64,000 nt of DNA from Trichomonas gallinae (Eukaryota), in assembly GCA_008369845.1 (NCBI GenBank), contig MRSU01007186.1, positions 1 to 64,000 on the forward strand. The letters are read 5' to 3'. The stretch's first letter is position 1. Each line of letters opens with the position of its first letter. The translations under genes were made by a program, and so were the position numbers. Positions 1-9,783 of the stretch are shown piece after piece. Under the pieces are notes generated by a model. The model had not been told where the DNA came from. It made no database searches and was given only the letters and a program-made list of their open reading frames with translations.

Positions 1-206
1 ATTTGCAAAAAAAAAAAAAAAAAAAAAAAAAAAGATTTGTAACTTGAAAAATTAGTTGAACGACAGCATTCATATTTCGGACTATATTTAAAATCTCTTA
101 GCCATTAGTATTTGTAATGTTATATTTAAAGCAATATAATTATGAATTTTACAAAAATTTATGAAGTAAAACATAACCTATTGTTTATATGCCAAAAAGT
201 AAATCC

Positions 207-1562
207 TCAATGGCGCATGCAGCATGGGCAGCCGCAGAGTGGCATCATCTTTGGTCTTGAATCTGCTGTAAGCGAGCAATGAGATTCTTCGATCTTATGC
301 ATGCCGCAGTCGCAGACTCCTGTATGCTTTCCGAGCTTAATAAGCCTATGAGAGTAGTGGCAGATCATTGCGCAAGCAAGGCACATCATTTGACCATCCT
401 TGAAATTGCATGTTTCGCAAGAAAACATCTCCTGTTCTCTTGGCTTTTCGCCGTATTTGGCGAATGTGCATGCATCAATGCAATCGTCGACTCTTGGAAT
501 ATATTTGCATTCAACACCTGGAGCTGACTGTCCACCGCAGTTGCAGCGTGCCCAGACCTTGCCAAGAGGGACGAGTTTGTGTCCAGAATGGCAAATTCTT
601 GCGCAGCCTTCGCAGCATCTTGTCTTTTCGTTGTAGCCGCATGTAAGGCAGCGGAAGAACTCCTCTTCAGCTTCCTCTGGTCCATATTCGCCGTAAATGC
701 ATCCATGCTTGCTCTTTTCATCCTTTAATGTGCAATTTCCGAGTTCGGCGCAATCGCAAAATCCTGGTGAGATAACTTCCTTGAGGTGATGTCCTGCGTG
801 GCATTTGTCAGCGCAGGCTTTGCAAACAACTTGTTGTTCGTTGAATTTGCAGGTCTCGCAATTGTATAATGGCTGGAGAAGTGGGATATTTGAGCCGAGT
901 TCCTGTGTGCATCTGTCTGTGAGAGATCCGATAAGAATGAAGACAGAGCAGATCATTTGGTTCTCCGGTTTAAGGTTCGTGATCGTGAACTCTGTTGCTG
1001 GGCCAGTGTATTCCACGCATTCGAGAGATTCGTTAGAGCTAAACTCATATGTCTTCTTGTGAACTTGTTCGTCCTTGTTTTTAATTGTTACTTCGCAATT
1101 GTGCATGTATTCGCCTTCAAGCTTCATAACAATCTGATTAACGAAGGAAAATGGTGGAAGTTTGAACTTGAAGTTGTCGCCGCGTGGCCAAACTGATGAA
1201 TCCTGGATAACCTGTGGCTTTAAGAAGTAATCGTTGTTTGTAGAGCCCTCAACATCGAGCATTGGCTGAAGTACTGTGGGGTAGAAGGATGGTGCGCAGT
1301 CGCAGCAGTCGCATTCATCATGATGGCAATCACAGCATTCGCATTCGCACTTGTGATCATGGCATCCGCACTCATGATCATGGCATCCGCACTCGTGCTC
1401 ATGGCAATCGCATTTGTGCTCATGTTCGTGGCATTCGCATTTGTGTTTGTGCTCGTGGCATTCGCATTTATGCTCGTGACACTCACATTTATGATCATTG
1501 CACTCACACTTATGTTCGTGGCAGTGGCATTCTCCCTGGCAGCACTTGTTTGGCTCACTCAT
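207..1562 (-). CDS. Cys/His-rich protein with N-terminal CECHEHK repeats and three tandem UBR-type zinc fingers
   Basis: Three copies of C..(Q/E)..(Y/F)xCxTC....CxxCAxxCHxxH.L....CxC, e.g. CTFAKYGEKPREQEMFSCETC..MCLACAMICHYSHRL..CDCG. The N-terminus is about 9 copies of a 7-aa Cys/His repeat. Confidence 0.85.
   Translation of the reverse strand: MSEPNKCCQGECHCHEHKCECNDHKCECHEHKCECHEHKHKCECHEHEHKCDCHEHECGCHDHECGCHDHKCECECCDCHHDECDCCDCAPSFYPTVLQPMLDVEGSTNNDYFLKPQVIQDSSVWPRGDNFKFKLPPFSFVNQIVMKLEGEYMHNCEVTIKNKDEQVHKKTYEFSSNESLECVEYTGPATEFTITNLKPENQMICSVFILIGSLTDRCTQELGSNIPLLQPLYNCETCKFNEQQVVCKACADKCHAGHHLKEVISPGFCDCAELGNCTLKDEKSKHGCIYGEYGPEEAEEEFFRCLTCGYNEKTRCCEGCARICHSGHKLVPLGKVWARCNCGGQSAPGVECKYIPRVDDCIDACTFAKYGEKPREQEMFSCETCNFKDGQMMCLACAMICHYSHRLIKLGKHTGVCDCGMHKIEESHCSLTADSRPKMMPLCGCPCCMRH
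1300..1545 (-). repeat. Coding 21-bp minisatellite encoding C(E/D)C(H/G)..H repeats
   Basis: Repeated tcatggcatccgcac / gtgctcgtggcattcgcat units on the + strand. Confidence 0.8.
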
Positions 1563-1913
1563 AAAAAAATAATTAATTTTTCATCGTTTTTCAATGACAT
1601 GTAAATTGTCAGAAAGCATTTTTATTCCGAATTCATTATAAATTTATAATGAATTTATTATCTATCATATAACAAATTTATCAAAAGATTTGAATTGTAA
1701 AATAGGAAATTTGACATGTAAACTAGAATTTGATTCATATGACAATCCAATCTTTTTCTGTATTGATATAATTACGCATGCAGCCAATAAATATAAAATG
1801 AGTAATTTCAGATACTGTTATACCTTAAAAACAAGATGCGTAAATTTGTATTTCATCTAATTATGGAATAAAATAAGTTTTAATATAATACAAAACAAAA
1901 AATAGTATATATT

Positions 1914-3164
1914 TTATTGGTTAGTAGTCTCTTGTTCAAGAATTGAAATTCCAATATTTGCGTATTGTGTGTCTTGAGCCTTGAGTTTTCTAATAATATC
2001 ATATTTGCGCTTAACAAAATCTGATGAGCTACTTGCAAAAGCTTGTACAACTTCACAAGCTTGTTTCATTAAAATATTTGGATGTCTGAACACGCATTTC
2101 TCAGCCAATTCATACATTGGCATACCTAACGATACAATAAGATCTTTGGGGATACTCAGGAGTTCATAATTTGTTCTCCAATTCAGTGATGTCTTTTTCT
2201 CTTTGTGATTTGTAATTTGTATCAGTTTAAGGAGGAACTGAGAATACTCTGGATGGTTTCCTAGCCATTTTATAGTCTCATTGATGACTTCATTTGATTC
2301 TGAATTAATAAATTCATCAATGAGCTCTTTTTTCTTAAAGCCGAGAAAACGGACAATGAAAACTCTGATAGTTGAATCTTTGCACTCATATATTTTGGCA
2401 GTTTCTTCAAAAGTAAAATTATATTTTTCTAATTGCGGCAACAAAGCAGCTAAAACACGTGGCTCTGTTGATTGCATCAGCTTTGTAGCCAATGTGGGCG
2501 ATAATTCATAAATAAGCTTGAAATTAAAAGCTAATGAAATTCTAACTTCGATTGCTTCATTAGGATCTGTCATTCTTTTGATAAAACCTCTTATATGCGG
2601 GTTCTCCTTCAGATAGAACAAAGCAGGCTTGATCCATGCAGCTCTAACATAGTGGGATTGATCATTGCTGAGTGATTCTAATACACCATTAAGTAATCTG
2701 AGATACTGAGATGGGAATTCTGATTCTATTGTCCTTTCTATGTATTTTAGAAACGCAATTCTATTGATTACGAATTGAGAAGTTGCTGCATCAAAAACAA
2801 ATCTTACGTATTGCGATTCTAGTGGGACTGGAATGATACCAATTATGAGGCCACGTGTAACAATATCTTCGTTTGGATAATTTTCAACAATTTGATCAAT
2901 TTCTAATTCGGGCGATATTTCTTGAATGATAGAAGCGACTTTTTTATACAAATGTGGGTCAGGTGGCAGAGCTTTAACAACTTCCAAAAATATTCTTAGT
3001 GCTTCTCTCGGTGGAAATGATATTTTTGTTAATGTCAACAGAATTGAGTAGTGATTTACCTTTAATTTGCTTGCTTCTGATATGATAAGCTTCTCCTTTT
3101 CCTCAAGGAGCTGTTTTTTGTAACCATTTTGGAATATTTGATACAAAGCTTGTGGACTGCTCAT
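1914..3164 (-). CDS. HEAT-repeat protein, distantly PP2A-A/PP4R1-like
   Basis: HEAT-like segments LESLSNDQSHYVRAA, VRISLAFNF, STIRVFIV and LNWRTNYELL. The start is placed at MSSPQ (3164) because the upstream extension to 3239 is AT-rich and promoter-like. Confidence 0.55.
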   Translation of the reverse strand: MSSPQALYQIFQNGYKKQLLEEKEKLIISEASKLKVNHYSILLTLTKISFPPREALRIFLEVVKALPPDPHLYKKVASIIQEISPELEIDQIVENYPNEDIVTRGLIIGIIPVPLESQYVRFVFDAATSQFVINRIAFLKYIERTIESEFPSQYLRLLNGVLESLSNDQSHYVRAAWIKPALFYLKENPHIRGFIKRMTDPNEAIEVRISLAFNFKLIYELSPTLATKLMQSTEPRVLAALLPQLEKYNFTFEETAKIYECKDSTIRVFIVRFLGFKKKELIDEFINSESNEVINETIKWLGNHPEYSQFLLKLIQITNHKEKKTSLNWRTNYELLSIPKDLIVSLGMPMYELAEKCVFRHPNILMKQACEVVQAFASSSSDFVKRKYDIIRKLKAQDTQYANIGISILEQETTNQ

Positions 3165-3497
3165 CCTTGATTTGTAAAAAATTGATTTTTCTCGTTTAAT
3201 CATGTGCTTATAATTTATAAAGAATATTTCTCTTTTCATTTATATCTTGATACATTTTATTTGACACATAAAAATAATTTGACATGTAATTATTATTTTA
3301 TTGATCAAAAATAAATAATTACATGTCAAATTAATAGCTAATAGTTTAATAATAACATATCAAAACACGTACCATTCTCCATTAGATTTTTTAAAAATCG
3401 CAATGAAAATATGAACATTTCTATTTATTTGTGTTTGATTTCAAAAATTAAAACGTATTATATACATATATATCCGAAACTACATTTATTTAATATT

Positions 3498-5720
3498 TTA
3501 AACAATACCAAGGATATCATCCAAGTCATTATCGATGACTGGCGATGGCTTGGGAACATCTGACTCTTTGTCGTGTGCAGCTGACAACTCGGAGTTCATC
3601 TGGTTCAACCCTCCGAAAACATCCGAGGAAAATTCTGGTGCTGAGTCTTTGATTTTTGAAAGTGAATCCCATGATTTTTCGTGCTCAACATCTTCGTCAT
3701 CATCTTCGTCGGAGTTCATTGCCATTGGTGTGGCAGTTGTTGGTGTGACAATCTGTGAAGACATGCCACTGTATGATTGACCAAATCCACCGAAAACTGG
3801 CGCTTTGACAACTTCACCTCCGAGATTTACTGCAGAGAATGCGAAGTTAGCGCGTGGCATCGCTGACGCATCAATTGCTTGAGAACCAAACGAATAACTG
3901 GACTGTCCGAATCCGCCGAATGATTCTTGTCTGCTTGGCGAATTGAAAGCAAAGTTTGGTGTTGAAGATGGCTGACTGAACTTCGAAAGATCTGCATTTG
4001 ACGATGAAGCAGATCCAAGATTGAACTTTTCCGTACTGTTGCTGCTCTGAAATCCTGTGAATGATGGAACTTTGGAGAATTCTGTAGATGGTGATGGACT
4101 GAATACAAACTTTTCTTGCGATGTTCTCGCTGTATTATTAAGACTGAGCTGCTCTTGTGAACTCGAGAGAGGGAAATTAGATATGCTGTATTGCCCTTCA
4201 GGATTCGCGAGAGTGACATCGCTAGGCTGTTGTATGATTGGTGTCATGAAAGCTGGATTATTGAATAATGGAATCTTTGGTAGGTTATCATCCTCTTCTT
4301 CCTCTTTTTCTTCATTGAGCTGCTTGAGCTTTTGCATCTCTTTGTAAACTTTTTCTTCGGCGCTAATGTTCTGCATGAAATCGCTTTCAAGCGTGACGTC
4401 TGTTGTTTCTGACTCGACGTTGCTTTTGAGAATAGGTGTTGGTATCTGGCCGAAACTTGGGGCATGATAATTCTCTTCATTATTTTGCTGTTCATACTCT
4501 TCGTGATTTATTTCTGGGACAGATAATTCTTCAGGGATTGATAAACTTTCTTCTGGTATTTGGTTATGCATCATTATTTCTTCTTGTGCTTTTCTCTCTT
4601 CTTCTTCTTTCTGACGTTTCTCTTCTTCTTCCTTTTCGCGCTTGATTCTCTCTTCTTCCTCTTTCTTTCGCATTTCTTCTTCCTCTTTTTCGCGCTTGAT
4701 TCTTTCTTCTTCTTCTTTTTGGCGTTTTTCTTCTTCAAGCTCTTCCGGAGTTTTCTCTCTGAGATTGATGATAAGTTCTTTATACGGAAGCTTGTCCTTT
4801 TTGACTATTGAGATGCCTGATTTCTGTAGTATAGCCTCAACTGGCTCTTTTTCTTTGAGATTTACACCTGGTGGGAGCCATTCTAGCTTTAAAGACTTAT
4901 TTGTTATTGGACGCTCAATGGAAAGACCGCTTTGATCGAAAACAATGTTTGGGTGCTCAACCATAACATAGGGCTGATTCGCAACAACAGGATGAAGTGG
5001 TTTTTGCACGAGAAGAGGCTGTTTTGTATTGTATTGTGGATATTCGTATTGAGGAGTCTCTAAAATCTCTTCTTCCTCGTAATATTCGTATTCTTCGAAA
5101 TCAATTTCGGGTTGCTTAACTTCTAAATCATTGCCAAATGGTGCTTCTGGCATATTTGTATCAATATTTTCTGGTATTTCGCGTTTTCTCGATACTTTTA
5201 CTTTTCTTTTAATTTTCTTTGGCGTTTGTGATTGCTGTTCCATTTGAATATCAACAGGCTGCTGCTGTTGTGCGTAATATTGTTCCATTCCAGGATACAA
5301 ATATGGATATTGATATTGATAATTCGGAGGATATTGAGTGTTTGTAGGATACTGATAGTTATATGGATAAGCGTATTGTGCAGGATAAGAATATGGATAC
5401 GAATATGGATAGTACTGTTGATAGTTTGGCGGAATCTGTTTTTGATTTGGTGTTTCTACTGTAAGCTGATTAGTTGGAGCTGTTTCTTGGACTTCGTGTG
5501 GTTCTTCCTTTTTAATCTTTTCTACAACCAGCTTCGGTCTGTCCACATTCTTTGTTTTCAGTCCAGTTTGTGGAGGATTTTCTGGTTTCTTTTCTTCTTG
5601 AACTGGAACAGGTGCAGGTTTATCAGAATCAAACTGAATGGTTCTAACTCTGCCTGGTGTGAAATTTTTACGCTTCGATTGTGAATAATCGGGGTGCGCA
5701 AACTCAGCAAAGTTGAACAT
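3498..5720 (-). CDS. Hypothetical low-complexity protein (Y/P/Q-rich, E/K/R-rich helix, F/S/G-rich C-terminus)
   Basis: 740-aa ORF with coding-like composition, a YPY/QYP tract, EEEERIKREKEEEE twice and FGGFGQS twice. Confidence 0.75.
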   Translation of the reverse strand: MFNFAEFAHPDYSQSKRKNFTPGRVRTIQFDSDKPAPVPVQEEKKPENPPQTGLKTKNVDRPKLVVEKIKKEEPHEVQETAPTNQLTVETPNQKQIPPNYQQYYPYSYPYSYPAQYAYPYNYQYPTNTQYPPNYQYQYPYLYPGMEQYYAQQQQPVDIQMEQQSQTPKKIKRKVKVSRKREIPENIDTNMPEAPFGNDLEVKQPEIDFEEYEYYEEEEILETPQYEYPQYNTKQPLLVQKPLHPVVANQPYVMVEHPNIVFDQSGLSIERPITNKSLKLEWLPPGVNLKEKEPVEAILQKSGISIVKKDKLPYKELIINLREKTPEELEEEKRQKEEEERIKREKEEEEMRKKEEEERIKREKEEEEKRQKEEEERKAQEEIMMHNQIPEESLSIPEELSVPEINHEEYEQQNNEENYHAPSFGQIPTPILKSNVESETTDVTLESDFMQNISAEEKVYKEMQKLKQLNEEKEEEEDDNLPKIPLFNNPAFMTPIIQQPSDVTLANPEGQYSISNFPLSSSQEQLSLNNTARTSQEKFVFSPSPSTEFSKVPSFTGFQSSNSTEKFNLGSASSSNADLSKFSQPSSTPNFAFNSPSRQESFGGFGQSSYSFGSQAIDASAMPRANFAFSAVNLGGEVVKAPVFGGFGQSYSGMSSQIVTPTTATPMAMNSDEDDDEDVEHEKSWDSLSKIKDSAPEFSSDVFGGLNQMNSELSAAHDKESDVPKPSPVIDNDLDDILGIV

Positions 5721-5740
5721 TGATTTCTTATCTCAGAATT

Positions 5741-5865
5741 TTGTCATGTAACTTAATTTTTTGTCATGTAACATTTTCATGACATGTAAATATATTTTTG
5801 TCATGTAACTTAATTTTTTGTCATGTAACATTTTCATGATATGTAAATATATTTTTGTCATGTAA
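5741..5865. repeat. 57-bp tandem repeat (about 2.2 copies) in a short divergent promoter
   Basis: ttgtcatgtaa units start at 5741, 5798 and 5855. The first two copies differ by one base (gacatg vs gatatg). Confidence 0.9.
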
Positions 5866-5932
5866 TGCGTCATTTTTGTTTCGATCTAAAATCTCTAGAA
5901 ATTTTCTGTGTCTTGGTCAAGAAACTCAAAAA

Positions 5933-6520
5933 ATGTCGACTCCAGCTGAAGGAGAGGCATCTGTAATGCCAGAGACCCCAGATTACCGCTTTGTCAAGAT
6001 CTACCCACAGAGACAAACATATTTGAAGAACAATTTCCAGCAAGTTACAGAGCCAATCGTAAAATATCTTAAACTTGATATCAGATACAACACAAAAGAG
6101 CACCGTGTAGAACTCCGAACAAACCCATTAACATCAAATCCAAATGCTATGACAAAAGCAATCGATTTTCTCAACGCCATCAATGCAGGATTTCAAATTG
6201 CTGACGCTCTCGCTTTGATTCGCCTTGAAGACATCTTTATGGATGTTTTCCATATCACAGATATCAAAGATCTCCAGGGAGACAACCTTTCACGTGCTGT
6301 TTCTCGTATCGCTGGTAAAAACGGTCAAATTATGTACACAATTGAGAATGCTACACACACACGTATTTCATTACAAGATACTAAAGTTCACATTCTCGGT
6401 GCGATCAATAATGTTCGTATGGCTCGCCGTGTTATTTGCGACCTTGTTATGGGTTCACCTGCAAACAAGATATACAACAAGCTCCAGAACTTCCAGGCTT
6501 GGCAGAAGCGCCAATACTAA
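5933..6520 (+). CDS. PNO1: Pre-rRNA processing KH-domain protein PNO1/Dim2
   Basis: Conserved segments PIVKYLKLDIRYN, GFQIADALALIRLEDIF, GDNLSRAVSRIAGKNG, IENATHTRI and ICDLVMGSPANKIY. The first ATG is at 5933. Confidence 0.93.
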   Translation: MSTPAEGEASVMPETPDYRFVKIYPQRQTYLKNNFQQVTEPIVKYLKLDIRYNTKEHRVELRTNPLTSNPNAMTKAIDFLNAINAGFQIADALALIRLEDIFMDVFHITDIKDLQGDNLSRAVSRIAGKNGQIMYTIENATHTRISLQDTKVHILGAINNVRMARRVICDLVMGSPANKIYNKLQNFQAWQKRQY

Positions 6521-7064
6521 TTTTTTTATTTATTATTATAGAAATAAAGTCTTTTTGTCCAAATGTTTAAACATACGCACTATATATACGTCATAAATTA
6601 ATGTTTTTTTTTTTAAAATAATGATTTAAAATGATGAAGAATTGAACTTAAAGAATTTCAGACTTTTTGGAAAAAATCAACAAAATATAACAGCTGAATA
6701 ACTCAAAAATTAACAAGTTATTAAGTAAAAATACAATAAATATTTGGAATTTAATTACTTTTGCTTTTTCAAGAAAAATGATTGATTGAGATATGCAATT
6801 CGCTAAGTTATACGTCAACATTCCATAAATTGCCACATAGGCTAAACAAGACTTTGACTGTGATGAGATTTACTAGATCATTAACATAGCGCATTTAATT
6901 AGTCTTACAGGTTTCAGTAAATGAATGCTTTAGTCAATATGGATCATACACATTGAGATCTAACATTATAAAATTTGAATGAAATGTTTTGATTATATTA
7001 TTGATATGAGTATCAGATATCGATGTGAAATCAATGTATCAAACTCTTAATTAATTTTATTTTG

Positions 7065-8417
7065 ATGTTGTCGAGCAAATTATCCCAAAATTTTTCTGTT
7101 GCTTTATCAGATAGAATTCTAAGCGTATGCGATCCAACTATCTATAGAATTCACGCCAGTGAGATTAAAAGACAGAAAGAAGGCATCGAATTAATTGCAT
7201 CAGAAAATTATCCATCTAGAGCGTGTTTAGCGGCTCTTTCAACACACTTTAACAACAAATACGCAGAAGGATATCCAGGTGCCCGTTACTACGGAGGCAC
7301 AAAATACGTAGATGAGCTCGAAATTGAAACAAAAAGTCGTGCATTGCAACTATTCGGCTTAAACCCGAACGAGTGGGGAGTAAATGTACAGCCTCTCTCA
7401 GGATCGCCCGCAAACATGGCTGTTTACACAGCACTTTTGAAGCCAGGTGATACATTAATGGGATTAAAGCTTAGTGACGGTGGCCACTTAACACACGGTC
7501 ACAAGACAGCAAAGAAGAATGTCAGTGCTTCATCAATCTTCTGGAATTCCGTTCCTTACACAGTAAATCCAAAATCTTGCTTAATTGACTACGACAATCT
7601 CGATAAACTGGCCGCAATTCACAAACCAAAGATCATCATAGCAGGAGCAAGCGCATATCCACGTTTCATCGACTTCAAGCGCTTCAGACAAATTTGCGAT
7701 ATCAATAATACGATTTTAATGAGCGATATTGCTCACTACAGCGGCCTCATTGCTGCTAACCTCTATCCATCACCATTCGAGTATTCAGACATCGTAACAA
7801 CAACAACACATAAAACTTTAAGAGGTCCAAGAGGCGCGATGATATTTTACAGGAAGAAATACGAAAAAGAAATCAATTCCGCTGTATTTCCTGCGCTGCA
7901 AGGTGGCCCACATCTTCACCAGATTGCTGCAATAGCTGTTGCCCTTAAAGAAGCGAGTTCAAAGAATTTCATTGAATATCAGAAGCAAGTTATTAAAAAC
8001 ATCAAAGTTTTATGCAAAGTTCTCCAAAAGAATGATACAAAAATCATTACAGATGGAACAGACACACACATGGCCTTGATAGACCTCAGAGGAAAGGGTG
8101 CTGATGGTGCAAGAGTAGAATACGTTTTAGATATGATGGGAATTTCTGTCAACAAGAACACGATTCCTGGCGGATCATTAGGACTGAGAGTTGGCTCGCC
8201 AGCAATGACATCGCGCGGAATGAAAGAAGGTGATTTCAAGAAAATTGCACAGTACATAGTAAAAGGAATCAAAATTGCTTCAAATATCAACAAAAAGTCA
8301 GGAAAGAAGTTAATTGATTTCAAGAAAAACGCAAAGGATAACAAGGAAATTTTTGGTTTGCAGAAAGAAGTCAAAAAGCTTGCTTCAGATTTCCCACTCC
8401 CAGGATATGACGACTGA
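7065..8417 (+). CDS. SHMT: Serine hydroxymethyltransferase, probably hydrogenosomal
   Basis: LIASEN, NKYAEGYPGARYYGG, the PLP-lysine motif TTTTHKTLRGPRG and QGGPH. Short Ser/Leu-rich leader MLSSKLSQNFS. ATG at 7065. Confidence 0.97.
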   Translation: MLSSKLSQNFSVALSDRILSVCDPTIYRIHASEIKRQKEGIELIASENYPSRACLAALSTHFNNKYAEGYPGARYYGGTKYVDELEIETKSRALQLFGLNPNEWGVNVQPLSGSPANMAVYTALLKPGDTLMGLKLSDGGHLTHGHKTAKKNVSASSIFWNSVPYTVNPKSCLIDYDNLDKLAAIHKPKIIIAGASAYPRFIDFKRFRQICDINNTILMSDIAHYSGLIAANLYPSPFEYSDIVTTTTHKTLRGPRGAMIFYRKKYEKEINSAVFPALQGGPHLHQIAAIAVALKEASSKNFIEYQKQVIKNIKVLCKVLQKNDTKIITDGTDTHMALIDLRGKGADGARVEYVLDMMGISVNKNTIPGGSLGLRVGSPAMTSRGMKEGDFKKIAQYIVKGIKIASNINKKSGKKLIDFKKNAKDNKEIFGLQKEVKKLASDFPLPGYDD

Positions 8418-8955
8418 TTTATATTTATTATGTTATTATACTAAAGATATATTTATCATTGATGCAAATATTGAAAAAATGTTTAAAACAAATAGAATTA
8501 TTTGGTTTAATTCCTTACAGCTTTAAATTGACTCTGCTGAATTGAACTGAATGTGACTCGTATCTATAATCTTAATTTCGATGGATGCTCTATTATGTAT
8601 AAGTTTGTTTTTATAGTAAGTTTACTTGGCACTTTTTTAATTATCAAAATATTATGTTATAAAACTTAGAGGATTTTTCAGTAAAAGTAATGAATGGAGT
8701 CCATCCTAATTCAATCAATAGCTCCATCATTATCTATATATATAACATCCTAAATATTTCGAAAATAAAACAAGATATACCTGGAGATTTCATGCAGAAT
8801 CTTTTTGATCTATTTTTGAAGTAATTTTGACAAATGTCAAAAAAATGTTTCATCAATATATATATCATGCTCTGAATGATATGTTTTGGTTTTCAATCTG
8901 CAAAACTTGACATAAGACAGCTTTTGTTATTGATTTTTACGCGATAACAATTTTT

Positions 8956-9645
8956 TTATGAGAATTCAATCGGGAGAGCTGAGTCAGGAACAACAATATG
9001 GCATTTTCCATCCGGTGTGTAATGTTGTATTTGTCCATTTGCAAAAAATATCACTCTAATATTACTTTTATATAAAACTTCTATGGCACCGTTGCTGGAG
9101 TATTTGTATGAATTAGTACCATCAGGGAATTCTTGTAATTTATCACCATTACTGAAAAACGTATAAATTATTCCATTATGATTAACCTTCATTGTTCCAT
9201 CTTTATATACATGTGATATGTCTCCATTCGAATGCTTTACTCTTTTGACACCACTTGTAAGCGTTTCTGCTTTGATTTTTGATGCAGGCTGAAATCCAAA
9301 ATCGAGATAGTATGATTTTATTACTTCTCCAGAAACATTTATCTCATCTATTTTGTTCTTCGGTGTTCCTTTTTTAGTTGATGCTTGTTTTTTAGGAATG
9401 TTTTTCGATTTTGTTTTGCTTTCTGTTGTTATTGTACTTTTGCTTTTCATTTTTAGTTTAGATTGCTTTGTTAATGGATATTCTTTTGGTTTTATCTCTG
9501 GTTCCAGTGCGATATCGAAAACAATATTTTTTGTAACTCCTGAAAGTTTATGTTCCATGTCATTTATTTCTTCATCAAGTTTAGACTCAGCATCATCAAG
9601 AAATTTCATTATTGATGATAAAGGATCAATTTTCTTGCTTTTCAT
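8956..9645 (-). CDS. Small Tcp10_C (SAS-4/CPAP G-box-like) domain protein
   Basis: Repeated beta-hairpin NG/DG turns: HSNGD, YKDGT, FSNGDKLQEFPDG, FFANGQIQHYTPDG. First ATG at 9645. Confidence 0.75.
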   Translation of the reverse strand: MKSKKIDPLSSIMKFLDDAESKLDEEINDMEHKLSGVTKNIVFDIALEPEIKPKEYPLTKQSKLKMKSKSTITTESKTKSKNIPKKQASTKKGTPKNKIDEINVSGEVIKSYYLDFGFQPASKIKAETLTSGVKRVKHSNGDISHVYKDGTMKVNHNGIIYTFFSNGDKLQEFPDGTNSYKYSSNGAIEVLYKSNIRVIFFANGQIQHYTPDGKCHIVVPDSALPIEFS

Positions 9646-9783
9646 ATTAATTTTAAACGTGCACAAAATTTACATTTGACACGTAAATAATTTTGTCATT
9701 TTGCATTTGACGTGTAAAAAAAATTGTCAGATTGATATGATTTTTGTCAATTTATATCTGACACATAAACAAAATTTGTCAAA

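Noticed and set aside
7..33. 27-nt poly(A) run as a retroposon tail
   Set aside because: It sits at the window edge, so no element body or target-site duplication can be assessed.
3780..4120. FG-nucleoporin call for the 740-aa protein
   Set aside because: There are too few FG dipeptides and no anchoring domain was recognised.
5741..5865. CRISPR-like repeat/spacer pattern
   Set aside because: The spacers are themselves repeated, the context is eukaryotic and there are no cas genes.
6860..6960. C/D snoRNA from GTGATGA (also ATGATGA at 13270)
   Set aside because: No box D CTGA at a suitable distance and no terminal stem.
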